Positions 1 to 10,858 of a stretch of DNA of 64,000 nucleotides are shown here, in pieces. Under the pieces are notes generated by a model. It made no database searches. It saw nothing but the letters and a program-made list of their open reading frames with translations, and had not been told where the DNA came from. The DNA lies in NCBI GenBank assembly GCA_965217865.1, contig CBDCJO010000002.1, positions 2,816,001 through 2,880,000 on the forward strand, given 5' to 3'. The position numbers and the translations under genes were made by a program. Position 1 is the first letter of the stretch, and every line of letters begins with the position of its first letter. This stretch comes from Candidatus Latescibacterota bacterium. GTDB taxonomy: Bacteria > Latescibacterota > UBA2968 > SICM01.

Positions 1-2165
1 CGGCAGATCTTCCATTCTTCAGGATCGGGAGGGCTATCTCTGGTTCGGCACCCAGACCGGCGGGATGAGCAGGTTCGATCCTTCCGCGAGCTCAGGACAT
101 GCGTTTACGACATTCACCACAAGAGACGGCCTCGCGAACAATCAAGTAACGTCCGCCTTTAAGGACCGCGACGGAAATCTCTGGTTTGGAACCGGAGGCA
201 GAGGTGTGAGCCGTTATGACGGGACGGCCTTTACCACCTTCACCACCCAAGACGGTCTGGCAGCCAGCCAGGTTTCCTCGATTTTCCAGGACCGGGAGGG
301 ATATCTCTGGTTCGGCACCTCAAGTGGCGTGACCCGCTATCGCACCCAGGCGCCTTCGCCCCCCCCCCGTGTCCATCCACGCAGTGGTTGCCGACCACCG
401 CTATGTGGGGGAGTCCGAAATCTCGATTCCATCGAGTGTGAAGCTTGCGGCTTTTGAGTTCGGAGGGATAAGCTTCAAGACACGGCCTGAGGCCATGTTC
501 TATCGATACCGGTTGAAGGGCTACGATCAGGATTGGAAATCGACGCACAGCCGTCGGGTGGAATATGAGGACCTCCCGAGAGGAAGCTACACCTTTGAGG
601 TAAAGGCCGTGGATCGGGACCTGGTCCCCTCCGGGAGCCCGGCCACCGTTGCTTTGATCGTGCATTTGCCCTACGAGAGAATCCTGTGGCTTTCTGCGTT
701 GAGCATCGCGGTCCTGCTCGTAGCGTTGCAGGCGGCGAGGGTTATCCAGCGGGACAGGAGGCTGCGGGAGACCAACCTAAAGCTCGATGAATCCAACCGG
801 GCCATGTCGTCAGCGAACAAAGAGCTGTTTGAGATCAACAAGGCGCTTCAACTGGCCAAAAGGCAGGCGGAACGGGAGCGGGCTGAAGACCGGGTGCGTG
901 CGGAGATCGCAACGATGAGAGAAAGCACAGACCTGCAGAATATCACCCCTCTGATCGTGAAGGAGCTGGCGGACCTTGACGTGGGTTTCTCCCGGTGCGG
1001 GGTCTTCATCGTGGATGAGGGAAAAAAGCAGATCAGCCTCTACCTGAGTACCCCTGAGGGGAAACCCCTGGGCGCCGTGGACCTGGACCTTGATACGGAC
1101 CATCCCCTCCTCCAGAGCATGGTGGATCACTGGCGGAAAAAGGAGGTCTTCACGCACCCCTTGGACGCGCAGGCCTTCCTCGACTGGATGCAATTCCTAC
1201 AGGAGCAGGGCCAGTCCATCGAACCGGAGGAGTACATGGATGGTGAGGCCCCGCCCGACCTCCTGATCATCCACAACGTACCCTTCTCTCACGGGAGTCT
1301 CTACGTGGGAAGCCCGTCCCCCCTCCCCGAGGAGGACTTGGAACTGGTGAAAGGCCTTGCGGATGCCTTCTCCGTTGCCTACGCCCGATACCTGGACTTC
1401 GGACGGTTGGAGGAGCGGAATCGACAATTGACGGAAGCCAACCGGGAGGTTGAGCGCGCGAACCAGGCCAAAAGCACTTTTCTGGCAAACATGTCTCACG
1501 AACTGCGCACCCCCCTTAATTCGGTCATCGCCATGTCGGACATCCTCCTGGAGAAATACTTCGGCGATCTGACCCAACAGCAGGAGGACTACGCGAAAGA
1601 CATTCGGGAAAGCGGGCAGCTCCTCCTTTCCCTGATCAACGACATATTGGATCTGTCTAAGGTTGAGGCGGGCCACAGCCCCCTTGAGCTTTCAGAAGTG
1701 GACCTCAAGAACCTGCTGGAGGGCAGCCTGACCGTCGTCCGGGAACGTGCCCTGAAGCACGGGATTGCCCTGTCGTGTGAGGTCGCGGAGGACCTGCCCA
1801 CGATTTCGGGCGATGCGCGAAAGTTAAAGCAGGCGATTTACAACCTGCTTTCGAACGCCGTGAAATTTACCCCCGATCAGGGAAAAGTGGGCCTGGAAGC
1901 GAGACAGGAGGATGATCGGATTCGGGTCTGCGTTTGGGACACGGGCATTGGGATTCCGCAGGAGGACCAGGAGAAGGTGTTTGGAGAGTTTGAACAGTCA
2001 GATGGCTCGTTGACCAAGAAGTATGAAGGAACGGGATTGGGGTTGGCGCTCGTGAAGCGATTTGTGGAGCAACACGGCGGGGGCATATGGTTGGAAAGCG
2101 AGGTTGGAGAGGGAAGCCGGTTCTGCTTTACCCTGCCGCTTAAGCCGCCCGAAGAACAGGCATAG
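1..2165 (+). pseudogene. Sensor histidine kinase (two-component regulator propeller repeats + Y_Y_Y domain + TM + GAF-like + HisKA/HATPase), 5' end outside window, frameshifted at a C10 tract
   Basis: Repeats 'QDREGYLWFGT..GVSRYDG' in the 65..457 frame; YYY motif 'YRYRLKGYDQDW...YTFEVKAVD', H-box 'FLANMSHELRTPLN' and 'GTGLGL' in 369..2165; C10 at 359-368, C9 would join the frames. Confidence 0.85.
78..99 (+). repeat. Half copy of palindromic repeat (ccttccgcgagctcaggaca) in frame in a propeller repeat
   Basis: Resembles cccttcggcaagctcaggata at 61545-61565; encodes PSASSGH where the sister repeat has GT. Confidence 0.55.
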
Positions 2166-2238
2166 GACAAATAGTTGGGAGCCACGGCGGGGGTCGGAGG
2201 ACGGCCACACCCCATGAACGTCCCAAAGGGAGGGAACC

Positions 2239-2625
2239 ATGTCCGAATACAAGGTATTGATCGTGGAGGACAATAAGATCAACATGAAAATTATGCGGGA
2301 CCTGTTGGGGGTACACGGTTATCAAACCCTGGAGGCCGGTGATGGTCCCGTCGGCATGGACATGGCTCAAAAACATCGGCCGGACCTGATCCTGATGGAC
2401 ATCCAGCTGCCCACGATGAACGGCTATGACGTCACCCGAAAGCTCAAAGAACAGGACGATACAAAAGACATTCCGATCGTTGTCGTCACATCCCTTGCGA
2501 TGAAGGGGGAGAAAGATCAGGCGCGAGAAGCCGGTTGTGATGCCTATATCAGCAAGCCGATCGATATTCACAAATTTATTGAGACTGTGAAGGGGTTTCT
2601 GCCGGAAAAGGACCCGTCTGAATGA
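2239..2625 (+). CDS. Single-domain response regulator (DivK-like)
   Basis: VLIVEDN...LILMDIQLP...AGCDAYISKPID. Confidence 0.92.
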   Translation: MSEYKVLIVEDNKINMKIMRDLLGVHGYQTLEAGDGPVGMDMAQKHRPDLILMDIQLPTMNGYDVTRKLKEQDDTKDIPIVVVTSLAMKGEKDQAREAGCDAYISKPIDIHKFIETVKGFLPEKDPSE

Positions 2626-2682
2626 TCAGAACTGATGTTCCGCACAGGCCGCCCATTCGATCCCACTTCCGGAGACCGACAT

Positions 2683-3414
2683 ATGGATGACCAGTTGAAC
2701 TTCTTCAAAGAAAACGGTTACCTTGTGGTTCCGAACGTTCTTACGCCCGATGAAGTGGAAACCATTAATGAAGCGATCGACCGTGACCTCGCCGAAAACA
2801 AACCGATGTGGATGGATCGGAAAAACGGTCGACTCCAGACGGTCCACATCCTGCTGGCCTCCCCTGACCTCGACTTCACCATGCGCCCCCCAAAATTACT
2901 TCCCTTGATGCAGGCCATCATGGGAAACGATCTCTGCGCTGAGGAACATTCCGTCATGATCCGCTCCGCGAATTCCGACGGATCTGAGGAGTGCCGCTGG
3001 CACCGCGATGGCGGAGGGATCGGTGAACCGCCGTACTATACCCAAAGGCTCTCGATCGTATTTTATCTTACCGATGTTGACGAAACCACGCATACGTTCA
3101 GCGTGCTTCCGGGAACAGCGCAGTCGTCGGAGCTGGTACCGCTCGAAGCCTATGACCTCGGAACGGCTGAGCACATCGTCGGTCCCGCTGGCACGGCGAT
3201 TCTTTTCAACGCCTCGATGTTCCACGCAGGCAACGTTCGAAAAACCGAGTCGGAACGTCGCACCATCCACATCTATTGCGGCCGAACCACAGATCCACCC
3301 ATGAGCAATTCCACTGTCTTCCCGCGTCGCCTTTGGGAGGGAAAAGACGAAGCGACAGTGAAATTTTATAGCCGCCCCAACCCGATCACCAGACTGCTCC
3401 TGGATCGATTTTGA
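2683..3414 (+). CDS. Phytanoyl-CoA dioxygenase (PhyH) family protein
   Basis: FFKENGYLVV, WHRD, FHAG 2OG-Fe(II) motifs; ggaga RBS before ATG 2683. Confidence 0.85.
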   Translation: MDDQLNFFKENGYLVVPNVLTPDEVETINEAIDRDLAENKPMWMDRKNGRLQTVHILLASPDLDFTMRPPKLLPLMQAIMGNDLCAEEHSVMIRSANSDGSEECRWHRDGGGIGEPPYYTQRLSIVFYLTDVDETTHTFSVLPGTAQSSELVPLEAYDLGTAEHIVGPAGTAILFNASMFHAGNVRKTESERRTIHIYCGRTTDPPMSNSTVFPRRLWEGKDEATVKFYSRPNPITRLLLDRF

Positions 3415-3445
3415 TCGTTCGATCCATATGAAGTTGACTTTTTTC

Positions 3446-3474
3446 TTGCGCCATTCAGGCAAGTTTAATATCTT
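3446..3474 (+). promoter_or_regulatory. Candidate sigma-70 promoter for the tRNA pair
   Basis: TTGCGC-17 nt-TATCTT about 30 bp upstream of tRNA-Arg. Confidence 0.45.
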
Positions 3475-3504
3475 GAGATCGGTCGATTTAGGCTTAAATC
3501 TTGT

Positions 3505-3578
3505 GCGCCAGTAGCTCAACCGGATAGAGCCATGGACTTCTAATCCATCGGTTGCGGGTTCGAGTCCTGCCTGGCGCG
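3505..3578 (+). tRNA. tRNA-Arg(TCT)
   Basis: Acceptor GCGCCAG/CTGGCGC, anticodon stem ATGGA/TCCAT with loop CTTCTAA, T-loop TTCGAGT; CCA not encoded. Confidence 0.95.
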
Positions 3579-3595
3579 AAAGAAATAAATAATAC

Positions 3596-3670
3596 GGTGA
3601 GTGTAGCTCAACTGGTTAGAGCATCTGACTGTGGCTCAGAAGGCTGGGGGTTCAAGTCCCCTCACTCACC
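3596..3670 (+). tRNA. tRNA-His(GTG)
   Basis: G-1, acceptor GTGAGTG/CACTCAC, discriminator C, anticodon loop CTGTGGC, T-loop TTCAAGT. Confidence 0.95.
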
Positions 3671-3688
3671 CAGAAGGTCAAAACTTGA

Positions 3689-3725
3689 TAAGCGTTCGGC
3701 TGACGGCTGAACGCTTAACTTTTTT
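3689..3725 (+). terminator. Intrinsic terminator after the tRNAs
   Basis: taagcgttcggc/gctgaacgctta stem followed by T run. Confidence 0.6.
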
Positions 3726-3735
3726 AGAGGAAAAG

Positions 3736-4989
3736 ATGAACTCACCCATTCCACCTCACGGAGGACTTTCTGAACCGGTCGTCCGGATGGTACCGGAAAA
3801 TGAGATTCATGAAGTCGAGAAATTCGCCCGGGGTCTCCGGAGAATCCCGATCAACAACGCAGATCTTTCGACCTTGAACCGGATCGGGGATGGAGGCCTC
3901 AGTCCTTTGGCCGGGTTTATGGATCGTAAATCATTCGAACGTGTGCTGGACGAAGAGACGATCCATCATAACGGGAAGGCCTATGCCTGGGCTATTCCAC
4001 TATCGTTATCCGCAAGCGAAGAGGACGCAAAAAGGCTGAAAACCGGGGAAACGGTTGCGCTCGTCGATCCCTCCGGTCGGATCGTCGCGACGCTTGTGGT
4101 CTCGGACGTCTTCCAATTCGAAAAGTCGAAATATAACGAGGTCGTCTATGGGACCACACGGACAGACCATCCCGGAGCTCGGATCACCCTGAATGACCCC
4201 AGAGCGGTTCTGCTGGGCGGGGAGGTCCGCGTCCTTCCCCAACCGAAAAATCCGGAATACGGGGAATACCAATTGACGCCACATCAGACTCGAGCCCTGT
4301 TTGTTGAACGAGAATGGGAACGGATCCTGGCATTTCAAACCCGCAATCCGCTTCATCGGGCACACGAATACGCCCTTGTTGCGGGAATCGAGCGCCTGAC
4401 GCGAGAAGGACACTTTGCCGGCGTAGTACTCAATCCGCTTGTCGGTGAGACCAAGACCGATGACGTCGATGCCGCCGTCCGAATGCGTTGTTACCGGGTC
4501 CTTGTGGAAAATCGACTTCTTGGGAAAGGTGACAAGACCGAGGATCTCTGGAATTCGAAAGGTTATGATATTACCGACCAGTTTCTCCTTATCGCACTGG
4601 ACATAAAAATGTTTTATGCGGGGCCGAAGGAAGCAGTTATGCACGCCATCTACCGCCAGAACTTCGGGTTCACGGACATCGTGATTGGAAGGAAACACGC
4701 GGATGCCCCCTTCGACGACGGCACGCCGATCTGGGGGGATTTCGACGCGCAGGAGAAGTTTACGAAGTTAAACGGAGAGCTGCTGATAAAGAACTGCAAC
4801 ATCGGTTTTGCGGCTTATTATGAGCAACTTGGGCGGGTCGGGCTGGTCGACGAGTACAGCGATAAAGGCTGGAGTATGGTCTCGATCAGCGGTTCAAAAC
4901 TCCGTGGGATGTTTCGAAAGGGGGAGGTGCCCGACGAACGCGTCATCCGCCGGGAGGTGTCGGAGATCCTTATCGAGAGCTACCGTTGA
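3736..4989 (+). CDS. sat: Sulfate adenylyltransferase
   Basis: PPHGG start, FQTRNPLHRAH, YAGPKEAVMHAIYRQNFG, ISGSKLR; real start 3736 because the ORF-track start overlaps tRNA-His. Confidence 0.93.
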   Translation: MNSPIPPHGGLSEPVVRMVPENEIHEVEKFARGLRRIPINNADLSTLNRIGDGGLSPLAGFMDRKSFERVLDEETIHHNGKAYAWAIPLSLSASEEDAKRLKTGETVALVDPSGRIVATLVVSDVFQFEKSKYNEVVYGTTRTDHPGARITLNDPRAVLLGGEVRVLPQPKNPEYGEYQLTPHQTRALFVEREWERILAFQTRNPLHRAHEYALVAGIERLTREGHFAGVVLNPLVGETKTDDVDAAVRMRCYRVLVENRLLGKGDKTEDLWNSKGYDITDQFLLIALDIKMFYAGPKEAVMHAIYRQNFGFTDIVIGRKHADAPFDDGTPIWGDFDAQEKFTKLNGELLIKNCNIGFAAYYEQLGRVGLVDEYSDKGWSMVSISGSKLRGMFRKGEVPDERVIRREVSEILIESYR

Positions 4990-5048
4990 ATCGAGAAGTG
5001 CGTCAACCGCTGGAATGCGTGGAGTCCTGGAACAACGGAACTTGGACC

Positions 5049-5564
5049 GTGGGTAAAATCGTATCCTGTGAAAATCTCTTGAAAATCATCGCCGAGGTTC
5101 GGTTGGATGGCGGAAAGATTGTGTTCACCAACGGCTGTTTCGACCTCCTGCACACCGGGCACGTCACGTATCTGAATGAGGCGAAGGGTTTGGGAGATCT
5201 TTTGGTGGTGGGACTGAACAACGACGCTTCCGTGCGCCGGCTAAAAGGCCCTGGGCGACCCGTCAAGCCGGTCGACCAAAGAGCCGAGGCCCTCATAGAA
5301 CTTCCCTGCGTGGACTACGTCTGCGTCTTCGAGGAGGATACCCCAGAATGTCTTATCTCAGCTGTCCGACCTAATGTGCTTGCCAAAGGGGGGGATTATC
5401 GGGTCGAGGAAGTCGTGGGGGCGGATATCCTCCGTGCTTACGGGGGACAGGTCGTGACGCTCTCTTACGTGAAGGGGGAATCCACGACGGAGTTTTTACA
5501 GGGAGTGAAGGCCTTTCAAAATGAAGAAAGGAAAGGCAACCAACCGGATAAGCCGGTCCAGTGA
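5049..5564 (+). CDS. rfaE2: D-glycero-beta-D-manno-heptose 1-phosphate adenylyltransferase (RfaE domain II)
   Basis: VFTNGCFDLLHTGH, SVRRLKGPGRP, KGGDY; start uncertain (4986 or 5049). Confidence 0.88.
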   Translation: MGKIVSCENLLKIIAEVRLDGGKIVFTNGCFDLLHTGHVTYLNEAKGLGDLLVVGLNNDASVRRLKGPGRPVKPVDQRAEALIELPCVDYVCVFEEDTPECLISAVRPNVLAKGGDYRVEEVVGADILRAYGGQVVTLSYVKGESTTEFLQGVKAFQNEERKGNQPDKPVQ

Positions 5565-5633
5565 AGTCCCGTCCCTAGCCCACAGCACCCAACATTCAAT
5601 CCCTGGAATTACTATATATTTTTAGGGAAGGTC

Positions 5634-6476
5634 ATGCCAGATCCGTTCACGCCACAGAAGTCCGACCGGTTCACATTCGGTTTGTGGACCGTGGGAAATG
5701 TCGGACGAGACCCGTTCGGCGAACCCGTTCGAAATCCGATTCCCCCGACGCGGATAGTGGAGCGACTGAGCAAACTCGGGGCCTACGGCGTTAACCTTCA
5801 CGACAACGACCTGGTCCCGATCCACGCCACCGCAGCCGAGCGGGACGGGATCGTGAGGGAATTCAAGAAGGCGCTCGCAGACCACGACATGAGAGTGCCC
5901 ATGGCAACGACCAACACCTTCAGCCATCCGGTTTTTCGGGACGGCGGGTTCACTTCGAACGACCCCAAAGTGCGCGCATACGGACTCCAGAAAATCATGT
6001 CAGCCATCGACCTCGGGATCGAGCTCGGGGCGAAGATTTATGTCTTCTGGGGAGGACGAGAGGGTGCGGAATCAAACATCACGAAAGACCCCGTGACCGC
6101 CGTGAAAAGATATCGTGATGGGATCAATTTCCTGTGCGAATATGTGATCGATCAGGGATACGATCTCAAGTTCGCGCTGGAAGCGAAGCCGAATGAACCC
6201 CGGGCGGACATGTATTTCGCGACCACTGGGCACTACCTCGGATTCATCGAAACCCTCGAGCATCCTGAGATGGTGGGTGTAAATCCCGAAGTCGCCCACG
6301 AACACATGGCCGGACTCTGTTTCCATCACGTTGTGGCGCAGGCCCTGGAGGCGGGAAAACTGTTTCACATCGACCTGAACGACCAGAGGTTCGGACGCTA
6401 CGATCAAGATTTTCGATTCGGTTCTGAGGACTACAAGGGGGCGTTCTTCCTGGTCCGCCTCCTGATCAGCTTTTGA
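5634..6476 (+). pseudogene. xylA: Xylose isomerase, 3'-truncated
   Basis: [40 protein letters not shown]; stops at 280 aa whereas this class is ~390 aa and has a further metal-ligand segment. Confidence 0.85.
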
Positions 6477-6602
6477 CCGAGATCCTTCTCGGGGTCAGGT
6501 AAAAGCTGCACTTACCAAAAAAATATGCCCTCCGCCTTTCCGGTCACCCTATACGGGTTCCTACCGGGCGAAGGGCCAGACCAATCGGTACCACTCAGAT
6601 GG
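6467..6602 (-). ncRNA. Candidate structured leader or sRNA downstream of a sigma-54 promoter
   Basis: Long stem-loop 6527-6576 followed by T run on minus; second hairpin 6467-6508 with AGGA loop. Confidence 0.35.
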
Positions 6603-6612
6603 TTATAAAATT

Positions 6613-6629
6613 TGCAAGTGCCGTGCCAA
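6613..6629 (-). promoter_or_regulatory. Sigma-54 (-24/-12) promoter
   Basis: TTGGCACGGCACTTGCA on minus, matches TGGCACG-N4-TTGCW. Confidence 0.75.
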
Positions 6630-7020
6630 TCACCCTGAATATAGGATATTTCGAAACGCCAGACAGGAGCTTACCCAAAAGCGACACCATATATTTAATC
6701 GTCTTTCCGGGATTGAATTATCGGTTCCTATCAATCATTATTTCCGGGAGAGACAACCTTGGGGTCTCTATATAACATAACAAATAATAATATCTTAATT
6801 TGTAGTTCTGGCCAACCAGAAGGCCTATCCTTTGCGGGGAGATCCTTTACGGAGCCGGACGGACATGCCGAAGTATTCAGGGAGAAGAGGCAATAATCGT
6901 GGCTGATAACCACAGATGGCATTTTTGACAAATGCACGAGATTGGGCATCAAAGAAATAAATAGATTAATCTGGTCAGACGATTTTTCCTAAAAAGCAGG
7001 AAGGAATTGCCTTGAAAGAG

Positions 7021-8298
7021 ATGCTTGAAGTCAAACCCCTGAACCGTCCCGTGGATGCAACCCTCACCGTTCCCGGATCCAAGAGCTACACCAACCGGGC
7101 CCTGGTGATGGCCGCCCTTGCCGACGGTCACTCGATCCTCCACAATGCCCTCTTCAGCGACGATACACAGCATATGATCGAATCCCTGGGCCGCCTGGGT
7201 ATCGAAGCCATTCCCGATGAAGGGCGGTCGCTCGTAGAAGTCACGGGTTGCGCGGGGAAAATCCCGGCCCCCGCAGCAGACCTGTTCGTTGGAAACTCCG
7301 GGACCTGCGCTCGATTCCTGACCGGGGTCGTCGCCCTCGGACACGGAAGATACACCATCGACGGTGTCCAGCGTATGCGGGAACGTCCCATCGGGGACCT
7401 TCTGGAAGCCCTGAAACCTCTGGGCGTACGGGCGACCTCGAAATACGACAACTGCTGTCCCCCCGTGATCGTGGAAGCAAACGGAATGTCCGGTGGGACC
7501 ACCCAAATCCCGGGGGAGACCAGCAGCCAGTATACCAGCGCCATCATGCTGGCCGCTCCCTGTGCCCAGAATGACGTCGAGATTAACGTGGTGGGAGATC
7601 TCGTATCCAAGCCATACATCGATATCACATTGGCAGGAATGGAGGCCTTCGGGGCCAAGTTTGAACACCGGGACGATCTCCGTTTTCGCATCCGCGGGGG
7701 CACGGGCTATCTCGGCCGGGAATATGAAATCGAACCGGACGCTTCAACCGCCGCATACTTTTGGGCTGCTGCCGCACTCACGGGGGGGCGGGCCCGGGTC
7801 CGACACCTGAACCTCACGTCCGCTCAGGGAGACGTTCACTTTGTGGATGTCCTGGAAAAAATGGGCTGCCGCGTCGAAGTTGCGCAGGACTTTATCGAAG
7901 TGACGGGACCGAAAAAACTCCGTGGGATCGACGTGGATCTGAACAGGATGCCAGATACGGCCCAGACCCTCGCAGCCATCGCCCCCTTCGCCGATGGGCC
8001 CACGACCATCCGCAACATCGCCTCCCTCCGGATCAAGGAGACCGATCGGATCGCCGCCGTTGTGACTGAACTCAGGAAACTGGGCGTGCACGCCGTGGAA
8101 CATCCCGACGGCCTCGTCATCCCTCCTGCAAAGCGAATCCACCCGGCGGCCATCGATACCCACGATGATCACCGGATGGCCATGAGCTTCGCCCTGGTTG
8201 GATTGAAGGCCGAGGGTATTCTGATCGACAATCCGGACTGCGTTACCAAGACCTTCCCGGGATACTTTGATAAACTGGGAACATTAGGAGGAGATTAA
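7021..8298 (+). CDS. aroA: 3-phosphoshikimate 1-carboxyvinyltransferase (EPSP synthase)
   Basis: PGSKSYTNRAL, GNSGT..RF, SSQY, RIKETDR, DDHRMAMSF. Confidence 0.97.
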   Translation: MLEVKPLNRPVDATLTVPGSKSYTNRALVMAALADGHSILHNALFSDDTQHMIESLGRLGIEAIPDEGRSLVEVTGCAGKIPAPAADLFVGNSGTCARFLTGVVALGHGRYTIDGVQRMRERPIGDLLEALKPLGVRATSKYDNCCPPVIVEANGMSGGTTQIPGETSSQYTSAIMLAAPCAQNDVEINVVGDLVSKPYIDITLAGMEAFGAKFEHRDDLRFRIRGGTGYLGREYEIEPDASTAAYFWAAAALTGGRARVRHLNLTSAQGDVHFVDVLEKMGCRVEVAQDFIEVTGPKKLRGIDVDLNRMPDTAQTLAAIAPFADGPTTIRNIASLRIKETDRIAAVVTELRKLGVHAVEHPDGLVIPPAKRIHPAAIDTHDDHRMAMSFALVGLKAEGILIDNPDCVTKTFPGYFDKLGTLGGD

Positions 8299-8330
8299 AG
8301 GCAACGGCTTCAGGAAAGTTTTCTGAGATC

Positions 8331-8360
8331 AAAAAAGGCGACCATCGCGGTCGCCTTTTT
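8331..8360 (+). terminator. Intrinsic terminator (possibly bidirectional)
   Basis: aaaaaaggcgacc-atcgc-ggtcgccttttt. Confidence 0.8.
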
Positions 8361-8501
8361 GTGTGTTCTTCTGAATTGCCGGGGGAGACGTTTAACTTAT
8401 TGTTTCATATATAGAAACATACTGGCAGCGGATGAATATGCGTGAATTCCTTCACAGATCGAACTGGACCCAGCTGGCCTAATTTCCTTTAAGGAGAAGT
8501 C

Positions 8502-10605
8502 ATGAGCCAAGACGAAATGACGGGGCGCATATTGATCGTGGATGACACCCTGAAAAATATCCAGGTCCTGGGAACCATTCTCAGAAAGGAAGAATACCAG
8601 ATCAACGTCGCCCAGAACGGACTTCAGGCCATCAAAATGGCCGAAACGGTCATCCCCGATCTGATCCTGCTGGACGTCATGATGCCCGAACTGGACGGGT
8701 TCGAAACCTGCAAAAGGCTGAAGACAGCCTCGGACACCAAAGATATTCCCGTCATCTTCCTGACCGCGCAATGGAATCGAAACTCCTTCACCAGGCCACC
8801 CAGATCGCAGCCGAGACCGATTCCTTCGAGGAGTCGCTGCAGAAATGTCTGAATGTCGTCTGCGAACTGACGGGCTGGCACGTCGGACACGTCTACCTGC
8901 CCGCGAGGGGCATTCGGTTTCCCCATTAAGATCAAGGGGGAGCTGGTTGCGGTTCTGGAGTTCTTCACGGAGGAAGAGATGACGCCGGATGAGCAGTTAC
9001 TCCAGACGGCTCGCAGTGTCGGCGATCAGGTGGGGCGGGTCCTCGAACGCCGGCGAGGACAGGAAGAGTTGGAAGCAGCCAAAGAAGCGGCTGAGCATTC
9101 TGCAGAGGAAGCCGAATCCGCAAACCAAGCGAAAAGCGCTTTTCTGGCCAACATGAGCCACGAGATTCGCACCCCGATGAACGCCATCCTCGGATTCACG
9201 GAGATCCTGGGGGGGCTGATCGATGCCCCGCAGCAGAGGGAATACCTGTCGTCCATCCAGTCCAGCGGAAAGTCCCTCCTCACCCTGATCAACGATATCC
9301 TGGACCTTTCCAAGGTGGAGGCGGGAAAATTCGAGCTGGAATATTCGGGCACCAATCCGCGCCAGGTGTTCTCCGAAATGAAGCAGATCTTCTCCCAGAA
9401 GGTGAGCGAGAAGGGACTCGAGTTTCAGGTGGAGATCGACCCGGATCTCCCCGAGGCCCTTATCCTGGACGAGGTACGGCTCAGGCAGATCCTGGTCAAC
9501 CTGGTCGGTAACGCCGTGAAGTTCACGGAATCGGGGCACGTCAGGCTGGCGGTCCGGAACCGCTACCCCGAACGGGACCACAGCACGCTGGACCTGATCT
9601 TTGAGGTGACGGATACGGGGATCGGCATCCCTGAGGAACAACGCGAATCGATCTTCGGGGCCTTTGAGCAGCAGAAGGATCAGATTCACGCCAAGTTCGG
9701 CGGGACAGGCCTCGGTCTGTCCATTTCCAAACGGCTCGTGGAGCTGATGGGAGGGGAGATCTATGTGACGAGCGAAGTCGGAAAGGGAAGCACGTTCCAC
9801 GTGAATATCAAAAACGTGACGGTCGCTTCCGTGTCCGACCTCCGAACCCTAGAAGCGCCCGCCATCGACGTGGACGCCGTCATTTTCGATCGCGCAACGA
9901 TCCTGATTACGGATGACATCGAAGTCAACCGGAACCTCGTGAAGGGCTATCTCGAGCAGTACGATTTCAACCTGCTTGAGGCGGAAAACGGCGAAGAGGC
10001 CATCAAAGTCTGCAAGGAACAGCGTCCCGACATGGTACTGATGGACATGAAGATGCCGGTGATGGACGGATTTGAGGCGACCCAGAAGATCAAACAGGAC
10101 GATGAAATCAAGGATATTCCGGTCGTCGCCCTGACGGCTTCTGCGATGAAACAGTCGGAGGACGAGATCAAGGGGATGTGCGACGGTTATCTGAGAAAAC
10201 CGGTCAGCAAATTAGAGCTTGTTGCCGAGCTGACCCTGTGGTTAAGCCACCAGATCGAAGATGCCCTTTCTGAAGCTCCGGAGATATCGGCTGAATCCGC
10301 CGAAGCATTCGATCCGGATACGCTTTCACCGGAGACCGTAAAAAGGCTTCCGGACCTGGCCTCGCATCTGGAGACACAGAAGGAAACCTGGGAAGAGCTG
10401 AGCAAAACCCTCACGATCAATGAGGTCGAAGAGTTCGCAAATCAGATCAAAGAAGCGGGAATAGAGTATGGCTATCCGCCGGGTGATTGCCTGGGGAGAC
10501 CGCCTGGCAGGTCAGGCCGGAATGTTCGACATGGACGGTATGGCAAAAAGTCTGGAGGCGTTTCCAAAGCTCATCCGGAACACGCAGTCCCTGGCACCGG
10601 GATAG
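8502..10605 (+). pseudogene. REC + GAF + HisKA/HATPase + REC hybrid kinase with two internal deletions and a C-terminal frameshift
   Basis: REC breaks after IFLTA (~8770) into GAF N-terminus 'ESKLLHQATQ...TGWHVGHVYLP', jumps to GAF C-terminus 'RGAFGFPIKIKGELVAVLEFF'; kinase core 8979 onward; frameshift ~10481, paralog-like end at TAG 10603-10605. Confidence 0.8.
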
Positions 10606-10858
10606 GTGGATCAATGGTGTCCAAGATTCATGTCCATTAGAATAACCTGAGGATTAGATATGAGCGAAGAAAATAAAAACCTCCGTATCCTGATCGTGGA
10701 CGATACCCTCAAAAACGTACAGGTCTTGGGAACCATCCTCAGGAAGGAGAACTATCAGATCAACGTCGCCCAGAACGGCCTGCAGGCCCTGGAAATGGTC
10801 GAAAAGTGTATCTATTCTGAGATAACAAGAGAAAAGCAGATAAAGGTCCAAGCAAGAT

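Noticed and set aside
3505-3670. tRNA-anchored genomic island
   Set aside because: No integrase or duplicated tRNA 3' end visible in the window
3631-3735. ORF-track N-terminal extension of sat
   Set aside because: Overlaps tRNA-His and its terminator; ATG 3736 has an RBS and the PPHGG start
6715-6910. Sigma-28-like -10 boxes (ACCGATAA on minus, GCTGATAA on plus)
   Set aside because: No convincing -35 element at the correct spacing
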